Assembly: GCA_012295275.1 (NCBI GenBank)
Contig: CM022673.1
Coordinates: 3,782,001-3,846,000 of the forward strand
Source of the DNA: Chrysomallon squamiferum
Taxonomy: Eukaryota > Animalia > Mollusca
Direction of reading: 5' to 3'
Length of the DNA: 64,000 nucleotides
The notes below the pieces were generated by a model. That model made no database searches, had not been told where the DNA came from, and saw only the letters and a list, made by a program, of their open reading frames with translations. Positions within the stretch are counted from its first letter, which is position 1, and each line of letters begins with the position of its first letter. The position numbers and the translations under genes were made by a program. Positions 38,676 to 52,600 of the stretch are shown in pieces.

Positions 38676-39902
38676 AATTTTAACCCATTAGATGTTAGCT
38701 CTGAGCTTAAAGTAAAAATCCAGCTCAAAATGTTTGTTTAATTAATCTCTGCTAGGACTGACACTTAACAATTATTTCAAATAATTGAACTTTGAAGTAC
38801 TTAAATTCCTCCAGTGTTCACAAAGAATCTACAAGATTCGCTGAAAGCCTTCTTGTGTTCATTTACCTTTTTTTGTTGTTTCTTTTAGCTTTTCTCATCC
38901 CCGTTTTAAACTTTATTTTTTTTTTTAGTTCATCTTCTTCACTCTTTGTGAAATAAAAGAGAAAAAAAAAAGCTAGAATTATTTCATGTCTTTCACGAAC
39001 CCATCAAAGTCTTTTTCTTTTCAGCCGTAATAACATTTTTTTTCTCCCTCACCTCTTAAATTATTTCTTTTTATTAAAATGAAAGTCTTTATCTCAGTTT
39101 TAATCACAGATAACAGAAAATATACCCCAAGCCCCTGCACCATTCGCCCACTTCAAGTATTGCAGAGGTCGATACGCAGAGAGAACGAGAAAAAGCAGTG
39201 AAGACGTTTTGCCAATAGAAGAATTATCTCACTCTCGACAGTAGGCCGCGCTAGGCGCAAACAAACAACTCCGACCGTCAGTTATCGAAGACTCTCTGTC
39301 TTCTTAGGGTCCCTCAAGCTTTTCTCGAGTTATCTATTTCCATAAGAGATGGATTTACTGTGGAAGAAACGCGACAGTATTGGAATTCAATTATCAGGCA
39401 TTATGGGGTTATCATTGATACATCTCTAACTCCGCCGCCTTCAGAGGTCTCCGGAGAACGACAAGCGGGGAAACATTGATCGACGGAGTTAAAGGCCCCT
39501 TTTCTCTTTATTCTAAAGTAGTGGCTAAGCCGTGAATTTCAGGACTGGCAGTTATCTGGATCACGTCTTGCCGCCAGGCTCAACTCAGCCCAGCAAAATT
39601 CCAGTACAAATATCGCTGACTGATCTTTATTTTGATTATTGTTTGAGATTTTTTGTAGTTTCTTTTTCCTTTCTTATTTTTTTATTTTTATTTTTTTTTT
39701 GTGATAATGAAAATATTTGTCAAAGCAACATCTAATTAAATACTGTCTGTTTGAACAGAAAATGTTAACCTTCAGTCTGGGCTCAAAAATCACATAACAA
39801 AATGAGGCCAGACACTGAGATGCTGTATCAAATATCATCGTTTGTATTTCACTCTACAATTATAGTAATAATCTCATAAAAAAGGGTTTTTTTTTTTTTC
39901 AC

Positions 39903-40095
39903 ATATTATGTCACTGAAACCATTCATTTGACACCTAATACATATTAATATCATGACACAAAATATATTTGGAATTTAAAAAAAAAAAAAAAAAAGGGGT
40001 TTCTGATATTATGTCACTGAAACCATAAATTTTGACACCTAATACATATTAATATCATGACACAAAATGTATTCGGAATTTAAAAAAAAAAAAAA
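39903..40095. repeat. Tandem duplication, period of about 103 bp
   Basis: ATATTATGTCACTGAAACCAT...GGAATTTAAAAA occurs twice. Confidence 0.88.
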
Positions 40096-40594
40096 AACAA
40101 CAACAACAAAAAAAAAAGTTTTCTTTGTTTTTCTCTTGCTGGGAAGATCATCTAGGTTAAGAACTTGGCTTGTTTCAGTCTCATAAAACTAATTATTCAT
40201 AATTATGGTAAATTTAACATCACATGACCGTTAATCAAACCTCTGCAGTACATTCACACCCACCCTTGGGCTCCGAAAGCAAATATTTATGAAATTACTG
40301 CGCATGCTCGAATGCGGGACTGTTCGATCACTGTCCTGTTCAGAATAATGAATTTATGGTTTTGCTCCCTGCAGTTAGACAATTAATCAGACACGTGGAT
40401 GGACGGACGGAGCCCGCCTGTTGGGGATACAGAGAAGATGACAGAACAAAACATTTACTACGTTTAGTTCACTGATCCGTAACTTTACCAACTCCGTGTG
40501 ATTAACGACACACGGTTTTTGTAATTAGAATGCCCACGTTTTTTCATTATGATGGCAAAATAATGTGTCAGTTTACCACAAGTTTGCAAGGTAT

Positions 40595-40625
<31 letters not shown>

Positions 40626-43133
40626 TTTTATATATTATATATTCTGTGCTAAATGTTGACTGGCTAATTTAGATATTTTATGCATGATTTGTGGTTAGTA
40701 TTTCACGATATTAATTATCATTTTTGTTTGATGTCTGTTATATTACCGAATTAATTTCGTGTACACTTTACTGCGTTAATTTAATGATAGTGTGCCTGTA
40801 AAATTAATTATAGAGAATGTCTATTACTGCGTTCCACTGGAATAGTGAATGACACATTGATATGCTGAAGGTGAAACAGTCCACGTAATTCTTTAACATA
40901 AAATGACGTTACATATCACCACTTTAGTAGATAATTATGTTTTACAAATTTGTTAACAATAAAGTTTGACATTTATATATCAAGAACCATGGTGGTTCAT
41001 TATTAGTGACATCATATGCATGAAAATATGGGTATGGGTCTGTGTACAGACGCATCACTCACATACAAACGCATACACAAGCAAAAAAATAACAAAGAAG
41101 TGAGTGGTTTCCAAAAATTTTACTTCAAATTGTATTTAGGCTATTTATTCTCACTAAGACCTGTTCTGTTTAAAGATCCGTTAACATAACAAACTCTGTT
41201 ACATTTGATTTATTCAGTTAGTCGTCGACTATTTATAAGAAATCAGAACAAAATTATCGCTCAGCCCCTTCCGTTGTTTTTACATTGAATTTCCCAGAAA
41301 CTGAATTAGATATTGCTTAACTGTGGATATCATATACAAACTGACAGCGAAATATGCCGAGCGACGCTGCACTCGGCGAAGGAATGATGATGTGCAGCGA
41401 TTAACCGCGTCATGAAAACGTCGTTAACCCTGTCGTTAAGTCTCTCGTGACAACGTTGTTATTGCTTTGCCTTGATGTGAACAGTTCTGTTATTCTTCGA
41501 CCCGTGGAAGATGGAGACAATAACAAAACTGTTTTAACAATGAGCTGACATCAGCTGAAAGTTCAGCTGACATTCCAAAGGAATCAGCTTAAGAGATTTA
41601 AATCAATTCAAATATCAAAACCGTTATCATGGAAGCTGCATTTCATTTAATGACGTCACTGCTAATATCACTATTTCATAACAAAAAAAATTGAACCATT
41701 GTTATTATCATCATTGCTAAAACTGATAGTTTGATGCTTTGCAAAGGATGTCAAGTAGTATGTCGAACACTTAATGTTACCTATACATCATCTTTATGAT
41801 TTATCTTTTTGTCAATGCTACGACCACTACTGCTACTACTTCTACTTCTATTATTACTGTTACTACTGTTAATAGTATTACTGTCACTACTACTGCTGCA
41901 GCTACTACTACTACTGCTACTGCCTGCAACCACTACTATTACAAGTACTACTACTGCAGCTGCAAATTCTTGTGTCATTTCCATTACTGCTACTTAATTA
42001 AATACTGTTTACACAATCGTTGCTACTTATTGGGCCATCCAGCCTGAATGGAAAACGGCTTTCGGTTGTTTCATATTTAATTCTGTAATCCTAGATGATA
42101 ATAAATCTTTTAGCTGGAAACCGATTCGATATCAAATATTAATATCGAAATAAGACAACAGCTTAATAACGAAATACATTATTTAAGAAGATGATGAAAG
42201 GTTCATTTGTTTCAAACAATAAACAACAAATCTGTGAATGGTACGTCTAATGAAAAAGACGACATACAGTTGTTGTGACAGAAAGAATAATTTAAATATT
42301 TAAACGGAGACGGAACGAAAATTATTTCTGATGCTTTGATTGTTTGGAATTCATTTCGTCGCCCTTGCAGTTACGATGATCGAAAATGAATATTACGATT
42401 TGCGGCAAACACCATCACAGTGCAGTTTGCCATGAATTTAATAGCTTTTAAGTTGTGTATTGTAAACTATAAAATTTAATGGCTTCGAGTCATGATATTG
42501 TTTGCAACAAAATTTAATGGTTTTGAATCAAGATATTCCATACAACAGTTGTTATTGTTTTGAATCACAATGTTGTAAAAAAAAAAAAAAAATAAAAAAA
42601 AGTAGTAACTTTGTATAGCAGTTTATTAAGTTATCCACCAATTTCGGTGGAAGTCATTTTGTTGTTATCGAGACATCAAAGGGAAGATATATTTTTTAAA
42701 ATTTTGTATTTTTATTCGTTAATTGAATTTAGTTCTGGGCTTCTGGTTGAAGTGTTGACTGTAATTGGAAAGGGTATTGATTTTATAATTATCTTCTAAT
42801 ACTGTTTGTATAATATCATTACATGTTATGAAGCTTCAAAAACAATTCTCTGGATTTTCGTTTAATGTGAAAGTATTTGTTTTATTTCAAATAAGAATGT
42901 GGACGTGCGAGTGGATTTATATAGGTGAGTGCTGGTGTATGCTTTTTTTGTGTGGGTTTAGCATCACCAAAGCTCCATCGTATTTGAAACCTTTACTTTA
43001 CGTCAGACGTTTATATCACGTAATAAACATTGCTTCAAAACTGGTAGCTCAGAATAATTGAGATCCTCCAGAATTTGTGACATCTTAAATCATAATTCTA
43101 TACAATAATGATTTGTATAGTAACATCACAATA

Positions 43134-43174
<41 letters not shown>

Positions 43175-43385
43175 CAACAACAAAACGACAACAACAATAA
43201 CAAAAATAACAATAATAATAATAACAATAATAATAAAATTAAAACTCACATACTTCCTATAATTTAGTACTTTGCGGAGTTATATAAATTTAAAATATCT
43301 GCTAATTTACACCTGATTCAAATTGTAAGCTATATTATTTTTTTCATAGATCGTTTATTCCGAATAGTTCAATAAATTGTTGCAG

Positions 43386-43417
<32 letters not shown>

Positions 43418-43441
43418 TGTATGTATGTATGTATGTATATA

Positions 43442-44230
43442 CAGTGGTACCTCGACTTACGAGTGCCTCAACTTACGAATTTTTGCTTTGATTTGCGAGC
43501 CAAAATCCGAGTAACGAGCGAGTTTCAGGTACGCTGCCGCTAGTTGGCGCAACGAACAGCATAACATCCGGCCAGCATCCCGCATTTTACTCCATCACGT
43601 AGTTACCTCGCCGCAGAAGCATCTCTGTTGTGTTGTGCTCGCGTTTGTACAGTATTTTGTAAAAATAACAAAAAATTTCTGACCATGGATTCTAAGAAAG
43701 TGAGTGCAAGGGACAGTGCTGAGAAGAAGAAGCGGATGATGTCCATTGAATTAAAGCTTGAATTCACAGACAAACACGACCTAGGTGTGCATGTAGTCGA
43801 CTTGGCTAGGCAGCACGAGCATACTACTTCTACAATATGTATCATACTGTAGCTGAAGGAGTCGATAAAGGCTGTAACTCCAGCCACAGGCATTAAAATA
43901 ATTTGTCTGAACTCCAAGATGATTACACTTTACAAAACCAATTTATTTCTTTATATTATCTTTTATTTTGTTTTTTTTATACAATATTTGTCATTTATAA
44001 CTACATTTTTCTTAGTTAAAATCACGTTATAAAACAAAAAATAAAAATAAAAATAAAATAAAATAAAATAAAATAAAATAATAAAATAAATGGGGTGGTT
44101 TTCGGGGGCCTAGAACGGATTAATCGTATTTCAATTAATTTCAGTTTGGAAAATTGATTTGATATACGAGCAAGTTGAGATACGAAACCGGTCTCGGAAC
44201 GAATTAAACTCGTAATTCAAGGTACCACTG
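43442..44230 (+). mobile_element. Non-autonomous, internally deleted Tigger/pogo DNA transposon (789 bp)
   Basis: 23-bp TIRs CAGTGGTACCTCGACTTACGAGT / ACTCGTAATTCAAGGTACCACTG (2 mismatches) with TA on both flanks. A transposase N-terminal HTH remnant lies inside. Confidence 0.92.
43685..43905 (+). pseudogene. Transposase fragment, CENP-B/psq-type HTH (MDSKKVSARDSAEKKKRMMSIELKLEFTDKHDLGVHVVDLARQHEHTTSTICIIL*LKESIKAVTPATGIKII)
   Basis: Matches the Tigger pattern KKRxxxxIExKxE...GxxxxDLARxYxxxxSTIxTILK. It has an in-frame TAG at 43850-43852 and no DDE domain. Confidence 0.85.
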
Positions 44231-44718
44231 TATAAATATATATATAATGTATGTGCGTGTGTGTGTGTTCATGGATCTGTGAACTAAAATCTTTGTTTAA
44301 TATAAAGGTCTGGAGATGTGGATCAAATATTTTTCTTTGTACATACATACATACATACATACATACACACACACATACATGCATTGATACATACATTTAT
44401 ACATACATCCAATATTTTTTCTTTATTTGTTATTGCTTTTATTGTGTTTTTTTTGTTTTTTTTCAATTCTGATTAACTATAGCGACAATGACCTAATTTT
44501 TCCGTATGCAGTCAGAATACTAGATACAGCTGGATTTTCTCGATTTAAAAATTCTAAACACAGTCTAACCATTTCCATCCACTCTGTTAGATCGGAGATG
44601 GTAAAAGGCTGTCTGCTGCAGATAACAAGTAGTTCGTTTCTATCGTCAGCCATTTACATACAGATGAGTCTCAAAAGTATCTCCTGAACAATTTATTGAT
44701 TCAACTTTTTAAATATAT

Positions 44719-44755
<37 letters not shown>

Positions 44756-46411
44756 GGTCTTCACGTAAGCATTGGAATTTACCTAATCTACGTGGCTGGA
44801 GATTTTGGTTTAGAGCTTACAGAGATGGCTCGAAACACGATTATTTATTCAGCGTTTATTTTGTGCCGATCCCTTTCCAACCACTGTTATCACAACCGTG
44901 ATAGGCCTGAGATTTAACCACTGTTTACTTGACAATTAAAATGTGCGATTTGGTACTAGTCTAAAATAGTATTGCTCAGCGATAAATTCTTTTTTTCTCT
45001 CTCTTTCTTTTCTGTCTCCTAACTTTCTCCTTAGGTCGTCATTGCCTACAGCTCATTTGCTCCTAAAGCAAATTCCTCTTCCAGTTAGAGCATCGGGACA
45101 GTTTTAACAAATGTCTTCCTGTCTGTGGGAGGGTAATATAAAAGATATGTTGATACCAAATAAGTATTAATAAGTATTAAAAATTATATTTAAAAAAAAT
45201 ATAAATATGCATATATACATTAGGGTAAAATCTGATAATTGCTACTAATAAAATATATTACATTATATATTACATTTCCTGTTTGTTTATGTATTCCATA
45301 CCCGAATCCCGAGTGAATTTCGGACCTGACAGTAACCCTCTCTTTGCATATCACCGATTCTCAGCACTTCATTAACACAAGTAGTTTAGATTAATATTGA
45401 CATTTGCTATTGGTAAAACGACGAATTGATTTTCGTCAGTTCGCCCGTTCAAGCAGCGCACACACAGACAAAACATCTGCAAACACAGCGTACGCACATA
45501 ACTGGAAATTAATTTTCTAACATGTTTCTCTTGACAAATTAACCACCGAAGAAAAACAACAAATACGAGAAAGAAAAACAGACAAATACAACATATAATG
45601 ATAATAATAATAATAATAAAATAATAATAAAAATAATAAAATAATAATAATAATAATAAAAACACTGTTTGCTTAATTAGTGGGAGTTTATTCGTAGAAC
45701 TGATCAATGAACAGGGCGTGTTCTCGGCGCGTGCCGACACTTTCGGCAAACAATGAGTCTGTTAAGTTGAAAAGACTACACAGTGTAATTCTGATACAGC
45801 TCTAATTTCTGGCCATGTTGACACAAACGTTACTGTCCAAATAAAATGGGGGTTCCTATGAAGAAACAACACTATTAATTTGCTAGTGTTAAACATACAG
45901 TGAGAGTATACGTACATGATATAACATTTTTTGTTTTTTTATGACATGCGTTTTAGTAACCCATGAATCTCTGCAAACATAACAATGGCACACGCGCACG
46001 CTCGCACGTACATACTAACACATTTATTAACAGACACACTATTTCATTCACACAGACATGTGTATGAAACAGACGGATTAATATTACTCTCTTTGAATAT
46101 TATTCAACAATCTCAGTTTGAACAAGAAATGTATGTATGATACTTTTTTGTGCTGTGGTTTTAATTTTTCATCGTCATATTATTAAGTAATACCGATGAA
46201 ATAAATTCACATTAGGTGTGTGTGTGTGTGTGTGTGTGTGTATGCGTGTATGTATGTGTGTGTACATGTATATATATATATAAATAAGTATTAACTTTGT
46301 TATATCTATATAACAACGTTAAAACAGAACTTGATTTAACCGAATTTCTTTCTTTCATATTTAGCTGTAATGAAACAATAATAATAATAATACTTCAGAA
46401 CTATACTGATC

Positions 46412-46445
<34 letters not shown>

Positions 46446-47441
46446 CAAAAAATATTGTGAAATAAAAACACAGCCATCTTCCTGTGATTTAATTGTCTTT
46501 CGTCTCAGACAGCGCTCAGAAAGGGGTATTGCAAGACGCGAGAAGTTTAGACGCGGTTTCAGACGATCGGTCCAAATGAAATTACCCCATACAATTATCT
46601 GGAACATGTTATAGCATAAAGAAAGCATTTCGCTCGAACCTATACGTTAATTAGCGCCCAGTTGTCAAATTCAAGCACCTGATCCCGACTAAGGTGCATT
46701 AAAGTTTGGTCACATGACCGTACATACAACCCACGTTGGGTTTTTTTTTTTTTCGTATCTAGCCATCGCAAACATCGATCTTGTCTTGATGTATTTAGCA
46801 TGATAGGTTTAAGGATTTATTCTCAAGCAAGAAATGTGATTTGTCGTAGGGAGGCGAGCGAGATAATTTCATTTATTTGTGCCCCATCTAACTCGCTGAA
46901 GGAGTCGGGGAAAAGATTAAATTAGCATGTCGTCTTTTTGTCAAAATTAAATCCCAAAAGAATTTGTCTAAAAATCTTGAATTTATCACAAACACCGCGG
47001 CAGGGGTTTGGACAGCGAGTGTAAGATATTGGCTTTGGCTGTGAAGCGTCGAGCGACAAGAGATTGTCATTCATCTGAGACAACGCGCTGATAATGACAA
47101 AGTGAAACCGATATTGCTTTGACTGTCTTTCAGACTTGGTGCCTTTAAAAGCGAAATTGATACGCGTTTGTCTGCATCATGCGTTCATTTGGTAACGGGT
47201 TGCAGGACAAATCCGATAGAGGTATACAATTACACGGACCTTCTGGTTGTTTTTTCATCTTTTATTTCTTTTTCTCTCTCTTTTTTTTTTTTTTTTTTAT
47301 TTATTTATTTTATTTATTATGATTATTATTATTATTTATTTTATTTTTTATTTATTATGATTTTTATTATTATTTATTTTCTCTTTTTTTTTTTTTTTTT
47401 TGATGTTCTTTTTCTTTTTCCTCTTTTTTTTTTTTCTTAAA

Positions 47442-47480
<39 letters not shown>

Positions 47481-48292
47481 ATTTCAGAAAGGGGCGATAC
47501 TAGGTTTTCATTGTGGTTGATGTAATTATCAAAACGAATGAAATTTAAATATTTCTGAAATATGGTCAGAAAAAGATAAGTGAAGATGTGCGTTGACAGG
47601 CGCGCGCTTGTTTTTGGTTACACGTAATCGAAAGTTGTGATTTTCTCATTTCAAATTAGAACTAGGAGTAATACAATGCACGTATTACTGTCGATCAGAG
47701 ATGTCAAATAATTTTCATTATGAAGTAAATTAGCTAATAAGATACAAAGTTACAAGTATTTCATATGATTTTATCTAATTTCGATAAACAGTACAACTTA
47801 AAGAGGCTGTAACATAATTCGTATAGAATGAAAATGAAACAAAAAAGATATAAAACCAGTTTTCATATAACTAACAATAAAAAGTAACATAAATACAAAT
47901 ATGGTGTCGTCTGTTGTTTTCGTTTGGCCAGATCCTGTACATACATTTATTATTTTTAAAACACACACGCATACGCACGAACGCACGCACACAAACACAC
48001 ACACATTTATTTGTATATATAATTTACTTTGATACAGAATGATAGAAGTAATAACATTTGCACACAAATACTGGAACATTGTATACTTTGTTGTTTTATT
48101 GCACAAACAGCCGTCCAGACAAACGGAACAAACAGCGGCACTGACAAATGGACAAATGGAACAAACAGTCGCACCGACAAACGAACAGACAGATACACTG
48201 GTAAACATTGCATGGTTCACAGAACACTCTCATTCTTGCATCCAAGTTTAATTTTGATCATAAGACTCAGACAAATAATAATAATAACAATA

Positions 48293-48363
<71 letters not shown>

Positions 48364-49220
48364 GTAATAATAACAACGGCTACTATTGACTAATAAACTC
48401 TGGTAACATTTTAACAGCAAACACATTTATAACAGAACATCATTAAGTACGTGATGAGAATGTGACAGTGAACATTTCGTTAATAGTTGCCTTTTCAGGA
48501 TACATCTATTTCTCTTTAATCTCTCTCTCCTTCTCACTCTCCGATTCCTCTTAATTCTCTGTATATCACATACACTCGCAAAGACATATACACAGATATA
48601 CACATACACATATAAAACTGATGTCATCTCTTAACCGTTTAGATAATAAATAAATTAGTGTTTTTTTCACGTTTATTTTTTGTGATTTTATCAATGCAAC
48701 GATCAGGATACTTCCGTAGTTAATATTGAAATTTACTTTTGATGTCTGTTTATGCAGACATTTTAACATGTGAGCAAACAACAGCATTACTATTATTTTT
48801 TTTTTATCATTCTGCTTAAATTATGCGAAATTGCAATTTTAGAAACATTAACTCGAAGAAGCAAGTCTTTTCAAAATGTTATAACACATAATAATCACTT
48901 GAATAATAATTTGCTAGTTTTATAAAAACATCCTTCTTTATCCGCCATATTTTTATTAATTCTTGTTTATTTAAATTTCATATAACTGGGTGAGATATTA
49001 ATACATCTGACTTTCGATCTGTCTGTCTGTCTGTAAAAAAAATGGAAATAAGTTTGAACTGATTGAAAGATAATGTATTAGATTTGATTCTGCGATTAAA
49101 AATATGAACACTTTTATTCTGGACAAAAGCATCTTTCACTTTGTACTGACTGTTCTTAGAGAATAGAAGAAACATTTCATTATGTATCGTCACAAGAATT
49201 ATTATAAGTTGAAATATTTT

Positions 49221-49272
49221 CAAGGATTCGAACCCAAAACCTACCAGTCTAAGACCAAACATTCACCGGTTG
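49221..49272 (-). mobile_element. tRNA-derived SINE head fragment
   Basis: Pol III B-box GGGTTCGAATCC on the minus strand (49224-49235) with a degenerate A-box-like segment upstream. No complete cloverleaf. Confidence 0.35.
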
Positions 49273-49807
49273 TTTTTTTTTTGGAGCCAATATAAATGTT
49301 ATTTAGTTTATAATAATTATATATGACGTATGACACGTTTGAAACTACTTACTTATCATTAGATTGCTTTATTAAAGTAAGGAGATTTCTAATTTTCGGT
49401 TGTCAGAGAAATAGATACTGGAATGTGAAGGATGTTGATATAAAACGAGTTACACGAATAACAGATTCAATTAACAACAAATAAATAAAAAACACAATTC
49501 TGTTCACCCCACCATGTGGCACTCAGAGAAAAAAATGGATCATGGGATATTACACGAACGTTCGACATGAAGTGATGACAGTCTCTTGTCACAAATAACA
49601 ACCACAAAATAAATAAATAAATAAAATAAAATAAAATAAAACTATTTAAACTAAAATAAACTAAAATAATTAAAAATCCAAAACCAATGTACTGTAACGC
49701 TTTCTAAAAGCAATGTCTTGTAAGAGATCCACAACGTATTGTTGTCTATTAGGTTCATTCATTTATTTATTTATTTTTGTTCTAACAACTACGGGGTGTT
49801 TTTACCA

Positions 49808-49843
<36 letters not shown>

Positions 49844-49955
49844 TTTGTTTTGTTTTGTTTTGTTTTGTTTTGTTTAGTTTGCTTGTTTTGTTTGTACAGC
49901 TGTGTAACACACTGGCAGTATGGTACACAGTACGGTACACGTTAACGTCACAACT

Positions 49956-50318
49956 CTAAAAGTCCCTCTCGTTTTCGTCCGCCAGGTATTTGTCGGTGAG
50001 GTCCCGCTGAACCAGCTCCTTCTTCGTCTCGTACACGGGACTGTAGGCGGGGACGCCATTGCACGGCAGACCTCCGTTCTGCGTCATGGGGAAGCTGTCG
50101 TTGGTGAAAGCTTTGTCTTCGTTCTCCGCAGTCGATCCGTACGTGTGGACCTTCCAGTCGCCGTCCTGCGACAGCGTGTGCTCCGGCTTCCACGTCTCCT
50201 CCTTGACGTTGTCAGCCCACGGCTGCTTTTCGCCGGACGCGAAGATGGCGTAGAAAATGACTCCGAGGAAGTGAATAGTGCTGGAAATCAAAAATACGTA
50301 CTGCCATTCTTGAGCGGC
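49956..50318 (-). CDS. VGLUT: VGLUT last coding exon ([35 protein letters not shown]...TYGST...ENERDF*)
   Basis: EWQYVFLI and [10 protein letters not shown] motifs. cctag| acceptor, 363 nt ending in TAG. Confidence 0.95.
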   Translation of the reverse strand, partial: AAQEWQYVFLISSTIHFLGVIFYAIFASGEKQPWADNVKEETWKPEHTLSQDGDWKVHTYGSTAENEDKAFTNDSFPMTQNGGLPCNGVPAYSPVYETKKELVQRDLTDKYLADENERDF

Positions 50319-50528
50319 CTAGGATTTTTATTTTTTTAAAAAAAGAAGAAAAAAAAAGAAAAGAAAAAAGAAATAAGTATTTATAAAACAAAGAAAAAGA
50401 AACAAACAATAAGAACAAAAATACAGAGACCGCCACATCAAAATACTGATAATACTGATATATTAATACTGATAATTTTGTTTTTTTTATTTATAGGTCA
50501 GTCAAGAAGAAAAAGAACACATCTGATT

Positions 50529-50627
<99 letters not shown>

Positions 50628-51997
50628 TATAAGAATCAATCAGAATATCGAAATAAATAAACAATCAATTTATCGATTCTTCAGTGAATTGATTAACTGA
50701 CCATTCAAACAATCAGCCATCTAATAATTGTATATATTTTTAAAAAATTGCAATAATTTATTTAACGAATAGGTTTGCACGTAAACGAACATACATATAA
50801 ATAATAATAATAATAATAATAATAATATTTTTCAATCAATATTTACAAATTTATGTAAGTACGTTCATAAATAGACACTTCGTTGTTTCGAATTACTTTC
50901 CAATTAGCTTCAGATCATTTCACCATAATTAATCATGTTAACATCATGTAAACAAACCTTCCGTATTCAATTATTTTACCCAAAGCCGATTATCCCGCTA
51001 AAAAAGACCTTTGACAAGCGAACGAAAAACATAATCTAGGGGTTTTTTTTACGACAAACATCAGCGTTGACAAAGGATTTTTTTTTTTTTGCTCTTTGAT
51101 TTATGTTATTAATGTAGCTTTGAAAACGGGAGTTCATATTATCGCTGAATGAGTGCATCAAAAATAAGTATTGATTGTCCACAAAGCACTACAACATGGG
51201 ATAATTTCCGAAAAGGCTTTGCTGAAATTACTCGCGAAAAGCAGCGGTCAGGGAGTTTTCACTTAATAACTGCTGCGACTTTATGAAATTTCAGTCTCTG
51301 TTATAAGGGAAATAAAAGTGACAGAGATTCGTTTTATTAGCAGCTATGTTCTCTGTTTATTATGCTTGTTATTAAGGATTATTTGTAAGCTGGTCCTTTC
51401 AGAAGGTTAATTTGGAGAGAGAAATACTTTAATAAATCATTTAAGTGATTTTTAGCTGTAAGAAAGGATTTAATTTTTTTATTTATATGTATGTTTTTAT
51501 TATTGTCATTTATTTATTTATTATATATTTATTTTTTAGCTGTAAGAAAGGATTTGTTTTATTTATATATATGTTTTTATTTTTGTTATTTATTTATTTA
51601 TTTATTTTTTTTTCGCTTTGAAGTATGTTAAAATTGACATAATGATAACAATAATTCGCAGTTATACAACAACAACAATAGTAATAATAGTAATAATAAT
51701 AATAATAATAACAGTGATAATAATAATAATAATAATAATAACAGTGATAATAATAATAATAATAATAACAACAATAACAACAATAACAATAACAATAATA
51801 ATAAAAATAATAATTCATTCATTCACTTATTGCTCGTGCTATCTCTTTTCCTTTACACCACCGGTCTAGCTTGTAGACAGCTAACTAGGAATATACGTAG
51901 ACGCATTCACGTATTTAACTTAGTAACTAATCATTTAACTCCTACACTATACGAGTGTCCACTAATATTGGTTTCACTGTATTCTAAAACCACTGAC

Positions 51998-52143
51998 CAT
52001 CTCTCTGCCCTGGTCCTGGTCCTTGGTGATCACCTGGACGACAATCGGACACAACATTCCGGACAGAGTGCCCACGCTGTTGGACAAACCCATCAGAATA
52101 CTGGCGTAACGTGGAGCAATGTCCAGATGATTGACGTTGAAGC
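51998..52143 (-). CDS. VGLUT: VGLUT penultimate exon ([49 protein letters not shown])
   Basis: [18 protein letters not shown] signature. tttccag| acceptor, ATG|GTCAGT donor, phase 1/0. Confidence 0.95.
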
Positions 52144-52152
52144 CTGGAAAGT

Positions 52153-52199
52153 TAATAGTAATAATAGTAATAATAATAATAGTAATAGTAGTAATAATA

Positions 52200-52263
<64 letters not shown>

Positions 52264-52304
52264 TAATAATAATACTAATACTAATAATAATAATGATAAT
52301 GATA

Positions 52305-52341
<37 letters not shown>

Positions 52342-52376
52342 TAATACTAATACTAATACTAATAATGATAATGATA

Positions 52377-52454
<78 letters not shown>

Positions 52455-52496
52455 GTAATAATAATAATAATGATGATGATGATGATGATGATGATG

Positions 52497-52527
<31 letters not shown>

Positions 52528-52600
52528 CCGTGATAATAATAACAACGACGACAACAACAACAACAATAGCAACAACAAATATAATAATAATAGTAATGAT
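52153..52600. repeat. (AAT)/(GAT)/(AAC) microsatellite abutting the VGLUT acceptor
   Basis: Directly visible. Source of the poly-N and poly-I ORFs. Confidence 0.95.

Noticed and set aside
49920-50339. Plus-strand 139-aa ORF
   Set aside because: Antisense shadow of the VGLUT last exon.
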